DNA of 64,000 nucleotides from Spirochaetia bacterium (GCA_017446885.1 JAFSOR010000021.1:2550-66549); one strand, 5' to 3'; shown: positions 52,223 through 61,373, counted from the first letter of the stretch. Numbers and translations are program-made. The notes: generated by a model not told the origin, from the sequence alone.

Positions 52223-52491
52223 TCATCTTCCTCCAAGTCTGTAATACGGTGGTTGGCAACCTTTGCCTTCTCCTCCAGGACTGCTGTCCGCTGCTCCAGC
52301 TTGTAGGTTCTTTCAATCACGCTGTTATGCTTGTCCACACGGTCCGAAAGCGTCTCTATCTCCTGCTTGATAAGTGCCAGCTTGACAGCCATCTCCTCCG
52401 CAGCCCGCCTGTTCTGGTATGTGTTTGTGATAACCACCGCAAGCACAGTGAAAGCCCCGGTAATCAATGCTCCGATAATTGATGTATCCAT
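52219..52491 (-). CDS. Small membrane-anchored coiled-coil protein (holin/antiholin-like)
   Basis: 90 aa. N-terminal TM IIGALITGAFTVLAVVI then coiled coil. Precedes CHAP with a 4-nt overlap. Confidence 0.4.
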   Translation of the reverse strand: MDTSIIGALITGAFTVLAVVITNTYQNRRAAEEMAVKLALIKQEIETLSDRVDKHNSVIERTYKLEQRTAVLEEKAKVANHRITDLEEDE

Positions 52492-52505
52492 GTGCAGCCC
52501 CTATA

Positions 52506-52958
52506 TCAAGTTCTGTTCCAGCTGGTGCCGTACTTGTCGATGATAATCTTGAAGTCCTCCAGGTCATGAGGGCGGATATAATATTTCTCGCTGCCGTCAT
52601 CCTCATATTCAATGCCTACATGCAAGAGCTCGTGGAACAGCAGAATCCGGATCTGATCTTCTGTAAAATATTTGATATTTGGGAGAAACAGTGTAATTGT
52701 GAAGTCATAGTTTATTGCCCATTGATTCTTGGTCTGGACTTTCTCGCACTGTCCGTTTACGATAATGTCCTTGCCTTTCTTTTTGGCAAAACCGCTTTCA
52801 AGGTATGCAATCCTTGCAGACGAATTTCTGATATATGCCAGTTCCGGCTCGGTCGCTATAAGATTTTCTGCAATCTTCTTATACTGTTCATTGATTTTGC
52901 GTGAATCCATATCTGTACTCCTTACAGATATAGTCATTTGAGGAATTTTGAGGGACAA
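52506..52958 (-). CDS. Putative phage zinc metallopeptidase (HExxH)
   Basis: 150 aa with LLFHELLHVG motif (HExxH). Small phage-associated metallopeptidase-like family. Confidence 0.45.
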   Translation of the reverse strand: MSLKIPQMTISVRSTDMDSRKINEQYKKIAENLIATEPELAYIRNSSARIAYLESGFAKKKGKDIIVNGQCEKVQTKNQWAINYDFTITLFLPNIKYFTEDQIRILLFHELLHVGIEYEDDGSEKYYIRPHDLEDFKIIIDKYGTSWNRT

Positions 52959-52997
52959 AAAACCGCCAGACGGCGGTTCGTTAAAATAATAGATTAA

Positions 52998-53441
52998 TTA
53001 TTGTTCTGGGTTTGCTTGGCTCTTCTGTATTCTTTCTTTACGATTGCTGTTCATGCCATAAATAAAAGCGCCTATCATAGTAGCAGCTGCGCCGATGATA
53101 ACTCCAAATCCTCCGGCATCTTTTCCGTTGAACACCAAAGCAAAGCCCCCAATAATACATAACAGACACAAACAACAGGCAATAATTTGGCCATTTCGGG
53201 CTCTTTTTATTCCAGAGAAAATAACAGCCTTCTCAAGTTCCATACGATGTGCAACTTGTTTTTCATATGAGCTCAATAAACGCTCTGTAATTCCAGAATG
53301 TAAATGTTCCAGACGTTCAAGTTCATCCGCTGGAGGAAGAATACCATGGCGCTCGCTTAAACTGATTTCCATGGCATCTCCTTTACCTGGGACATGCAGA
53401 GACCGTTGTGTTATTTTTTTGGTTTTAGGCATTAGCGACAA
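52998..53441 (-). CDS. DUF2335-like phage-associated membrane protein
   Basis: 147 aa. ILPPADELERLEHLHSGITERLL...HRMELEK resembles the DUF2335 signature. Two C-terminal TM segments. Confidence 0.45.
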   Translation of the reverse strand: MSLMPKTKKITQRSLHVPGKGDAMEISLSERHGILPPADELERLEHLHSGITERLLSSYEKQVAHRMELEKAVIFSGIKRARNGQIIACCLCLLCIIGGFALVFNGKDAGGFGVIIGAAATMIGAFIYGMNSNRKERIQKSQANPEQ

Positions 53442-53619
53442 CCTGGTTAAAAGCTACTTTTGCATCTTCTTTAAGTGCTTGCGCATCAGCTCTAAGTGCC
53501 CTTTCGTCTGCCTTTGCTTCGTTAGAGGATGTATTATATTCATTAGAAATACCAAATAAATCAATAACACTCATAATCCCATCGACATATGTTGGGTTTG
53601 CAAATAAATATGTGGACAT
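53425..53619 (-). CDS. Small hypothetical protein
   Basis: 64 aa ORF with Ala/Lys/Glu-rich helical C-terminus. Start at the edge of the AT-rich block. Confidence 0.3.
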   Translation of the reverse strand: MSTYLFANPTYVDGIMSVIDLFGISNEYNTSSNEAKADERALRADAQALKEDAKVAFNQVVANA

Positions 53620-53788
53620 TTTTCTCCTCTGAAGATAATTTACCTTTTTTCTTTCTTAATTGTCAACCTATGCTAAACCAACGCTTGCAAATATTTAAAG
53701 AAACGCTTATTTATCTGACTCGTCATCGGGAAAGAAATGATCAATGATTTTGAAATCATCATCTATTTTAATCATGAACTTTTTATCT

Positions 53789-54028
53789 TTAGTATTTATA
53801 TTTATATGAATAAAACTTAGACCAATGACATTTTATTTTCTGCCCTAAATCGTTAATAAGAATAAAATTTAAAGTATAATCTTCAAATCCTAAAATAACA
53901 TATTCCTTCCCTGGAGTTAAATTAAATTTATCCTTATCGATGTCGCTGGAAAATGTAGCCTTTACAATAGCGGCAATATCAATTAAGCGGTCTAGTCTGA
54001 ATTTCATAGTTTCTAATCTCCTTCTCAA
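53789..54028 (-). CDS. Small hypothetical protein in AT-rich cassette (likely starts at internal ATG 54007)
   Basis: Internal ATG preceded by GAAGGAGA RBS gives MKFRLDRLIDIAAIVKATF... (72 aa). AT-rich, atypical composition relative to the phage. Confidence 0.35.
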   Translation of the reverse strand: MRRRLETMKFRLDRLIDIAAIVKATFSSDIDKDKFNLTPGKEYVILGFEDYTLNFILINDLGQKIKCHWSKFYSYKYKY

Positions 54029-54214
54029 TTAAACTCATTACTGCTCTTGCAACTCGTCTAGGACTTTCGCTGCTAAAATACTCACTTACAGCTTCTGCAA
54101 AAAATTCTTGAGCATTTTTTGTCGCATATTCACTTAATTCGTTTTTTATTATTTCACGATTTGAAATAAATTTAAAATCTGTTTTAAGTATTGGAATACA
54201 TCATAATCTCCTCT
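54029..54214 (-). pseudogene. Small frameshifted ORF in AT-rich cassette
   Basis: Strong AGGAG-N5-ATGATG start gives MMYSNT* (stop after 6 codons). The +1 frame continues ...KTDFKFISNREIIKNELSEYATKNAQEFFAEAVSEYFSSESPRRVARAVMSLIEKEIRNYEIQTRPLN. Shift lies in an A-run. Confidence 0.3.
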
Positions 54215-54236
54215 GGTGTTTATTCCGTTTTGTGGG

Positions 54237-54656
54237 TCATAAATCGATAATATATTTTTTTATTAGACAATCCGCAAAAACACTTTCATAACTAAAAATA
54301 ATTGCAAGTTCATTATCCTCTTCCCTTAATATTGAAACATATTCATCAAAATCTGTTATTGTTGGCAGAACTTTGAAAAGTTTTTCTGCCATTTCCTTTT
54401 CAAACCCTGCAAAAAAGAATGGAGGTGGATATTTATCAATATTTCCAGCGATTGAGTTTCTAATAGGAATATATATATTGTCCAGTTTTTCAATTTCCTT
54501 TTCAAGTACTGTTCCTTTTAGGCTTTCTTGCAAGCGGCGTCTGGCTTTATTATATTCTGCCCAATTATGGAAAAACTTATATAAATCTGTGCCTTTCCAT
54601 TGCGAATCTACCAGTTTTTTCTTTTCTTCTGTCATTTCTTTACTCCACAATTTCAC
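54237..54656 (-). CDS. Hypothetical protein immediately downstream of the ADPRT domain (candidate cognate immunity/antidote protein)
   Basis: 139 aa, AT-rich. Start overlaps the stop of the gp7-ADPRT gene. No motif recognised. Confidence 0.4.
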   Translation of the reverse strand: MKLWSKEMTEEKKKLVDSQWKGTDLYKFFHNWAEYNKARRRLQESLKGTVLEKEIEKLDNIYIPIRNSIAGNIDKYPPPFFFAGFEKEMAEKLFKVLPTITDFDEYVSILREEDNELAIIFSYESVFADCLIKKYIIDL

Positions 54657-56442
54657 ATTCTAAAATAACCCTTTGCGGCCAAGATGTTACATTTTCAACC
54701 CTTGAATCAAGTATTTTTAATTTTGTATTAAGACCAAAGATTATTTCACTTTCTCTTATGTTTGTCGTTTTATATGCATGAGTTCCTTCGGGAACCCTAA
54801 TATTAAGTTTAACATTGCGATTTGTAAAAACATTTTTTTCCGCGACGCCTGACGTACTCATAAACCCCTTTTCTATGAAGATTCTACCTTTATCTATTTT
54901 ACCTGGCAACTTTGTAAAAGCGTTCTGCCACTTTAATTTATTATCATCTTGCGGCCATTCAACTCCTGCAATATAAGGTAAAGCATCAGCATCTACATTT
55001 CTTGTTACAATTATGTTTTCATTTATATTATTTCTCTTTATGATATTTTGTAAAGTTTCAACAACTTTTTTTTGACTGTCACTCAATTCTTCTTTCATTC
55101 GTAGACATTCATTAATATGCTTTGCATTTGTAGACGCTATATAACCACCCATACCAAATTTTCCATAAACAATTGAATGTTCTTCTTTAGTTATAGGATG
55201 TTTTATTTCTTTAAATTCTTCTTTGGTTAGTGTTTTATATTCAATTTTTGGTTTTTCTGGCTCAATAATCTTTGTTTTCTCAATTATAGAAGTCGCCGAG
55301 GGTTTTGCGGTTGGTGGTTTCAGGAATCTCGGCTGTATATCATTGCCCACATGCTCCCGGGTGCTGTCACGCTCTATGCCTGTCTGTTTGGTGAAATCCC
55401 TTGCCTTTGCCTGCCATTCTCCGATTTTCTGCCTTGCTTTGGTGTTGTCGAGTCCTGCGGCATCCTGTGTAAGTGCAACACGCTTGTAGAGTCTGATATT
55501 CCGCTCTATGCTACGTAATGCCTGCTCGCCCTCATACCGGGTGAAGGTTTTCCCGTTATAGGTGACTTTCTCACTGGCCATCTGGTCAAGCTCTTTCTCT
55601 GTATATTCTTTCTCCATGCCCTCAAAATATGGGTAGAATGAGTGCCGGCAGTTTATGCCGCATATTCCGGTAGGACTTCCAAGTCCGCACACACTGAAAG
55701 GGCGGTAGTTTGGATTCTTCCCACTTCTGGAGAATATCTGTCCCTGCCATTCCTCATGTTCAGGCCTTGCACCCAGATGCGCCGATGTCTCCACAAGGTC
55801 ACATTCTACAGCATCGCAGTTGTTCAGTGTCATCTGTGCGGCTGTCTGGTTTATGCCAGTCAGTATGTTCATTCTTACGGCGGATTCAATACTTCGCCGT
55901 ACAGGCTTTCCGTTCTCGTACTGAACGGTAGTGACTCCGGCATCTGCCAGATCGTCAACGGCGGTCTTGATTGCTGCATCATATGTGAAAGCCCCGCTTC
56001 TGACCTTGGAGACGGCTCTGTTTGCTTCCCGGACAAAAGCCTCCTGACTTGTCGCCGCTGTGGTAAGAGTAAGCCGGGAAAGGTCGCTGTAGCACTTCTG
56101 GACAGTCGCCAGTATCTCCTGTGCGGTAGGTGTGCTTACAGTCCGCCCAAGTGCATCAAGGAATATCTTGTTGTCGTTCTGGGTGTTCTTATCCAGTGCT
56201 TCCTGTACTACTGCCTTGACTGCTGCGGCAACATTCTTGTCATATCTCCGGATTTTCTTCTCAATATCTGCCTTAAGGCTCCCGGATTCCGCCAGTATCT
56301 GCGCCTGCCACCTGTCCATATCAGACGCCTTTCCGAGTCTGGCTATACGTCTTGCCATGTCACGCAGTATGTCGGTCTCGAGCTGTGAGTAAATATCTAC
56401 AAGTTCATCTGACAACCCAGCAAGATAACGGGGTGGAAGCAT
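54640..56442 (-). CDS. Phage minor head protein (SPP1 gp7 / Mu F-like) with C-terminal ADP-ribosyltransferase toxin domain
   Basis: 600 aa. The N-terminal 400 aa resemble gp7-family head morphogenesis proteins. A Pro/Lys-rich linker follows. The C-terminal ~200 aa carry R-S-E class ADPRT motifs: YGKFGMGGYIASTNAKHINECLR, VTRNV (Arg), FMSTSGV (STS), ESEIIF (ExE). Confidence 0.8.
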   Translation of the reverse strand: MLPPRYLAGLSDELVDIYSQLETDILRDMARRIARLGKASDMDRWQAQILAESGSLKADIEKKIRRYDKNVAAAVKAVVQEALDKNTQNDNKIFLDALGRTVSTPTAQEILATVQKCYSDLSRLTLTTAATSQEAFVREANRAVSKVRSGAFTYDAAIKTAVDDLADAGVTTVQYENGKPVRRSIESAVRMNILTGINQTAAQMTLNNCDAVECDLVETSAHLGARPEHEEWQGQIFSRSGKNPNYRPFSVCGLGSPTGICGINCRHSFYPYFEGMEKEYTEKELDQMASEKVTYNGKTFTRYEGEQALRSIERNIRLYKRVALTQDAAGLDNTKARQKIGEWQAKARDFTKQTGIERDSTREHVGNDIQPRFLKPPTAKPSATSIIEKTKIIEPEKPKIEYKTLTKEEFKEIKHPITKEEHSIVYGKFGMGGYIASTNAKHINECLRMKEELSDSQKKVVETLQNIIKRNNINENIIVTRNVDADALPYIAGVEWPQDDNKLKWQNAFTKLPGKIDKGRIFIEKGFMSTSGVAEKNVFTNRNVKLNIRVPEGTHAYKTTNIRESEIIFGLNTKLKILDSRVENVTSWPQRVILECEIVE

Positions 56443-56458
56443 TCAAGCAATCCTCTGT

Positions 56459-57853
56459 TCAGAAATTGAACGGTGACGCTGCCACAGGCTCTTCCGGCAC
56501 ATTCGCCTTTGCCTGCTCCTCGTCCTCTCCGAAGAAATCTTTTCTGTATTCCCACTTGTTCTTCACACCCTGGCTTACTTCCTGCAGTGCCATCTGTTTA
56601 GCCGCTGTCATGTCCTTACGCGTTGTGTCATCGTTCCAGATTATGCGTATATCGCTGTTCCCACTTCCAAGGCGGTATGCTGCCGCCATGTGTGCGAATA
56701 CCGATGCACATGCATGGTATTTTGCTTCAATCTCATCTTCAATCTTGTCAACGATTGCGTACAGTTCCTGCCTGCCGCCGGTGTACTGCGTCGCTGTCTG
56801 TATCTGGCTTTCCATGTCGCTGATTGTGCCTTTCCCGATATTACAGGTAAGCTCAATGCGCCTGAAAATCTGTTGCAGCATCTCATTCTGCTGTGTAGTC
56901 CTTAATGCAGGGGAGTGTTCAACAATCTTCTTGCCATCTGTGCTACCGTCACCCTCAACTTTGACAATCAGCTTGTTAAGCTTAGGTGTCAGCTCCGACT
57001 TGGTGACAGATCCGTCACGTCTCTGCCGTCTCTGGAACATATCCCTGTCCGCGAAGACAATAAGCTCTCCAGCTTCCTGCTCCCACTTCATGCGTGCATA
57101 CTGTTCATCTGCATCTCTGATAAGGTCTTCTGCACCAGCTATAATAGCCACAGGTACTTTTGATCCGTCAATCTTATTGACAGAATGATTCCTGAACTCA
57201 ATTATCATAGGCTGCTTGACACCATGCCATTCATAAGCATGAGTTAGTTCTGCGGTATGTCTGCAATCAGCAAGAGAAGCCTTTGACAGGACACCGCCAT
57301 TGTATCTGTAAAGCTCACATTCAACTGAATGAGTCCCGGCCGTGTAGCGGTGACGTTCTGCAAGCAGGAACTTCTTGTTGCCATCATCTATCTGCTTTAG
57401 CAGTAATGCCTCTGTGAGTGTTCCGTCAAAGTCATAGCTTACAGGCAGGTAGTTGCCGAGTGGAAGTAACTCATACTGCAACTTGCCGTTGCTGTATACA
57501 GGACGTAAAAGACAGCTTCCGAGCAATGTTATATAATCAACCACGGCGTCAACATTTTTGTTCAAATGCTCCATGACAGATTTTATAGCTTCATTGTCAA
57601 CTTCAATTCCAATCTCACGAGATACCATTGTATCAAGCCGTCCTGCAATCTGGGCAAGAACACCGCATGACGGTACCTTGTCATTCCATGGTGCGACTCC
57701 TGCCATCATGTCATTCCAAAGACTTATTGCCCTGTACATCTCGGTTGAAATGTTTGTTTCTACACCTGTTATCTGTTCGATGGTGTAGTTGCGGAATAGA
57801 TTCAGAATATTCATGAAGAAACTCCTTAATCTCTCAAACATAATTGTCTCCAT
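56459..57853 (-). CDS. Portal protein (SPP1 gp6-like)
   Basis: 464 aa, between TerL and minor head protein. Portal-like sequence. Confidence 0.8.
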   Translation of the reverse strand: METIMFERLRSFFMNILNLFRNYTIEQITGVETNISTEMYRAISLWNDMMAGVAPWNDKVPSCGVLAQIAGRLDTMVSREIGIEVDNEAIKSVMEHLNKNVDAVVDYITLLGSCLLRPVYSNGKLQYELLPLGNYLPVSYDFDGTLTEALLLKQIDDGNKKFLLAERHRYTAGTHSVECELYRYNGGVLSKASLADCRHTAELTHAYEWHGVKQPMIIEFRNHSVNKIDGSKVPVAIIAGAEDLIRDADEQYARMKWEQEAGELIVFADRDMFQRRQRRDGSVTKSELTPKLNKLIVKVEGDGSTDGKKIVEHSPALRTTQQNEMLQQIFRRIELTCNIGKGTISDMESQIQTATQYTGGRQELYAIVDKIEDEIEAKYHACASVFAHMAAAYRLGSGNSDIRIIWNDDTTRKDMTAAKQMALQEVSQGVKNKWEYRKDFFGEDEEQAKANVPEEPVAASPFNF

Positions 57854-57864
57854 CTATATAGTCA

Positions 57865-59115
57865 TTATTGGCCCCGACGCCGCCATACTTCCTCCAGGGC
57901 ATAACGTACAGCAGCCATCGAATGGTCAGGCTGCCCCTGCGGGTATCCGGTCAGGATCTCTCCAGTCCTCTTGTCCATCTCATATTCATAAAGAGAAAAC
58001 TCATCCGCGGCGTTTGGACAGCGTTCCGGATCTACCACTATCTTGTTCAGCTGCTGCAGCCACTTGAAGCCGGCATCCAGGGAGCCGGGTCCCTTAATTG
58101 CCCCGCGGATATTCCAACCCCACGTGTGGAAATCTGCCACGCTCTTGTTCTCTGCAGAGTCGGCAGTAATCCTGGATGACAGATCAAGCTTCTCTTTCCC
58201 CATGTGATTCTTCAGCTTCTCCGAAGCCTCCCAGTTGCCGTGCTTGTACAGGGTCAGCTCTGAGAATATATAGAGAGTCCTAGTCTTCATGTCATAGCTC
58301 ATGGCGTTGTACCTGAACGGATCCGGATAATAACCCCAGTCTATGCCATGATATAGCCATTCGAAGCTGGTAATCTCTTCGTCAGTTATCGGCCGGAGCT
58401 CGATATTCTCGAAGATATTAAGACCCGTTCCTGTAGGCTCGCCCAGAAAGATATTCCTGTATGCCCTCGGGTTGCGGCGTCTCATCTCCTCGGCCTCGTG
58501 CAGGAAGGCTTCTCCCAGCCATTCCCTTGGCACGCTCCTATAGTCAGACACATGGACATACTCGTCTGAATCAGGATGTCTGAGCCTGTCATTGCACCAG
58601 TTCCTGGCAGAGCTGGGAGGGTTGAAGGATTGGAAAACAAAGAATCGGCTTCCACCTCGCATAGTGGAGAGCTTGACAGTCTCCACATCGTTGGCCGTGA
58701 ACTCTGTAAGCTCCTCGAACCAGGTTATGGCAGTGTACCCTATAAGAGTCTTTATTGATTTAAGCCTGAGTGGATCGTTGGAACCGCGGAAAAAGATTGT
58801 CTGTCCGGTCGGTCTGAATGTGGCCTGGAGTGGTGACAGCGTGAAGTTCCACAGATGTGATACACCCAGTTTCTCAACAGCCCATCTTATCTGAGTATAA
58901 ACAGAATCCCTCAGGGTTTTGTCCACCTTACGCAGGCATACGGCGTTAAATTCCCTGTTCTGCATCATGAGGATGATTATTGCCAGGCTTATGAATGAGC
59001 TCTTGCAGCTTCCACGGCCTCCTGCTTCGGTGAACTTGGTATATTCTCCAGAAAGCACCTTTCGGAAGGTCTCCTTGAATGACTGCGGGAAAAGTGTACT
59101 TGTATGGATCTCCAT
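57865..59115 (-). CDS. terL: Terminase large subunit
   Basis: 416 aa. Walker A-like AGGRGSCKS near the N-terminus. C-terminal nuclease region with acidic motifs. PBSX/Terminase_3-like. Confidence 0.85.
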   Translation of the reverse strand: MEIHTSTLFPQSFKETFRKVLSGEYTKFTEAGGRGSCKSSFISLAIIILMMQNREFNAVCLRKVDKTLRDSVYTQIRWAVEKLGVSHLWNFTLSPLQATFRPTGQTIFFRGSNDPLRLKSIKTLIGYTAITWFEELTEFTANDVETVKLSTMRGGSRFFVFQSFNPPSSARNWCNDRLRHPDSDEYVHVSDYRSVPREWLGEAFLHEAEEMRRRNPRAYRNIFLGEPTGTGLNIFENIELRPITDEEITSFEWLYHGIDWGYYPDPFRYNAMSYDMKTRTLYIFSELTLYKHGNWEASEKLKNHMGKEKLDLSSRITADSAENKSVADFHTWGWNIRGAIKGPGSLDAGFKWLQQLNKIVVDPERCPNAADEFSLYEYEMDKRTGEILTGYPQGQPDHSMAAVRYALEEVWRRRGQ

Positions 59116-59173
59116 ACAAATATAGTTGAAACGTTAAAAAAGCCCTGCATTCCTGGGGGAACAATTTAGTTTT

Positions 59174-59578
59174 TCAGTCAATTATGATGTGGATTGTATT
59201 GTCAGGCTGGTCTGTAGTTTCAGGCTTCTTCTCAGGCGGCTTGTCAATGCCGTGTATCTTTGCCAATAGCTCTGTTGCCCGCTGTCGGGTGAAATTGTCA
59301 TCAATCTGGCCAGTGACCCGTCCTTGGTAAATAATAGGACTTTTGGCATTGAGGCGCTTATCCAGCTCCATCATCAGCCGGTCAGCACCCAGATTGTAGA
59401 TCTTCAGTCTATCCTGGTCGTTCAGCTTTGCCCTGGCTTTGGCAAAGAACTTGCAGGCGGCGGTGATTGCTGTCCTCTTGCTCGCCCGGGGATGGGTCAA
59501 CCGGTAAGCCTGGATGTCAGACTTGCCCTGGATTGTGAGTATGATCGCTTCCTGTTCTACCGCCGTCAAGTTTTCCAT
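59174..59578 (-). CDS. terS: Terminase small subunit
   Basis: 134 aa, immediately upstream of terL. N-terminal HTH-like segment. Confidence 0.55.
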   Translation of the reverse strand: MENLTAVEQEAIILTIQGKSDIQAYRLTHPRASKRTAITAACKFFAKARAKLNDQDRLKIYNLGADRLMMELDKRLNAKSPIIYQGRVTGQIDDNFTRQRATELLAKIHGIDKPPEKKPETTDQPDNTIHIIID

Positions 59579-59682
59579 ATTCCTTTATTGTACTATAAAA
59601 ATACTATAAACATAGTTACTTCAACTGTTCGGAAATTCCGAACAACTCAACCTGTCAGTTTTTTCGACAGGTTGTATTTCTC

Positions 59683-60015
59683 TTATTCGTCAACCTCCAC
59701 CTCCCTTATTTCTGAGAGCTGTATGGCATAGACTTGCCCATCTATCGCCAGATCGGTGTCCTTGCCCGATTGTAGTACATATATCTGCTTTATTCTGGCA
59801 GTCATGTGCCTCTTGGTATACCCCAGACGCAAGATGCAACGGAGATTACAAGACTCGCCTTTTTTAAGTTTTTCTATAAAGGCCTCGTCCTTTATCATCC
59901 CGTTAAAACCATTCAGCCGCTTAGTCCAATACGGCTTGACCTCCCTGTATTCTATCGTCTTTTCTCCAGAACGTATCTTCTCGTACCATTTCTTTGATAG
60001 GTTGAATGTCAGCAT
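59683..60015 (-). CDS. ASCH/PUA-like small domain protein
   Basis: 110 aa. Pattern ...KKWYEKIRSGEKTIEYREVKPYW... resembles ASCH/DUF3850-type beta-barrel proteins. Overlaps the MTase gene end. Confidence 0.3.
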   Translation of the reverse strand: MLTFNLSKKWYEKIRSGEKTIEYREVKPYWTKRLNGFNGMIKDEAFIEKLKKGESCNLRCILRLGYTKRHMTARIKQIYVLQSGKDTDLAIDGQVYAIQLSEIREVEVDE

Positions 60016-61373
60016 CTTCCACCACCCTCCAGAATCTTGCCGAACATAGCCCTTGCAAACCCCGGCGGAACGGCGTTGCCTATCTGCTTTACCACTTCAA
60101 CCTTAGTACCTGTGAACTTGTAATCAGCAGGGAAACCTGTAGCCGCTGCCAGCTCGGACGGCTGGAGCATACGGAAACCGATGTCGAATACACAAGGGAC
60201 GGTCACCCCGAACCTGTCCTTAGTGGTAACTGTAGGCAATGGCTCTTTAACGCTTCTCGCCTTGCCGTTGCCGTAGTATTCGGTTACAAACGGAGTAAGC
60301 GGGCTTACGAGACAATGCTCTTGTTTAGTGCAGATGGTCGAAAGCGGCTCTGTAAGACTTCGGCTTCTGTCTTTCGCCGATGTCTGCCCTATGGCCATAC
60401 AGAACGGAGCAACAAGCCCATAGCGGTTTGATGTGTCCAAGGTCGGCACCGGGTCAGTGACAGGGTGAACACGTCCATCGCCTCCGTTATACCTTGCGAG
60501 GAAAGGAACTATCAAGGAATGATGCGCCCCTGTCGTCGATATGGTGGAGAGAGGTTTGTCTATGCTTGCAACCTTGCTTGTGCCCCGCAGTATAGCTAAG
60601 AAAGGCTCTGCTTGGTTGCCCCAGTACTTCTTTATACCGTATTCGATACGTCGTAATGTCGCAGGTGCCAGCGGTTTTGACCGCTCTGAAATCGGCACGC
60701 AGGGGATAGACCAGTCAATGATCTCGGCGGCCGCCCTCCACTTCGGGAGGTGGAAAACATTGTCCTCCTCCGTGTTGGTGAACTCCGGCCACAGAATCCG
60801 CTTCCTGCCTTTAACCGCTTGGATGAACAGCCGCCTTCTGGTTGTAGCCTCCCCGTAGTCGGCGGCGCAGAGAACCTTCCAGTCCACAGAGTACCCGAGA
60901 CTCCGCAGCCCCTGTATGAACGCACGGAAGGTCTTGCCCTTCTCCCGCTCAATCGGCCTGCCGTACTCGTCCAGGGCTCCCCAGGTGGTGAACTCAGGCA
61001 CGTTCTCGATGATTACCCGCTCCACATAGAGCTCTCCCAGCCATTTCAATATCTCCCATGCGGTCGCACGGCTCTGGTCGCTCCTCGGTCTTCCGCCCCT
61101 TGCGTTGCTGTGGTGGGTGCACTCCGGGGAAGCCCAGAGCAGGTCAAGCTTACCGCCTGGCACCACCTTGGTCGGATCAAGGTGCTCAACACTCTCTTGT
61201 ATATGCTCTGCAGCAGGATAATTAGCAGCATGTGTCTCTATTGCCCTGTCCCAATGGTTTATTGCCAAGAGCTCCACATCATAACCTGCAGTATTGGCAG
61301 CCTGTATCAGCCCGGTGGATTCACCGCCACCGCCGCAGAACATATCAACAATCTGCAATTTCCGGGTTATCAT
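60009..61373 (-). CDS. DNA (cytosine-5)-methyltransferase, orphan (no cognate restriction enzyme nearby)
   Basis: 454 aa. Motif I VDMFCGGGG, motif VI ENVPEF. Motif IV variant WASPECTHHS instead of the canonical PCQ. Confidence 0.8.
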   Translation of the reverse strand: MITRKLQIVDMFCGGGGESTGLIQAANTAGYDVELLAINHWDRAIETHAANYPAAEHIQESVEHLDPTKVVPGGKLDLLWASPECTHHSNARGGRPRSDQSRATAWEILKWLGELYVERVIIENVPEFTTWGALDEYGRPIEREKGKTFRAFIQGLRSLGYSVDWKVLCAADYGEATTRRRLFIQAVKGRKRILWPEFTNTEEDNVFHLPKWRAAAEIIDWSIPCVPISERSKPLAPATLRRIEYGIKKYWGNQAEPFLAILRGTSKVASIDKPLSTISTTGAHHSLIVPFLARYNGGDGRVHPVTDPVPTLDTSNRYGLVAPFCMAIGQTSAKDRSRSLTEPLSTICTKQEHCLVSPLTPFVTEYYGNGKARSVKEPLPTVTTKDRFGVTVPCVFDIGFRMLQPSELAAATGFPADYKFTGTKVEVVKQIGNAVPPGFARAMFGKILEGGGRC

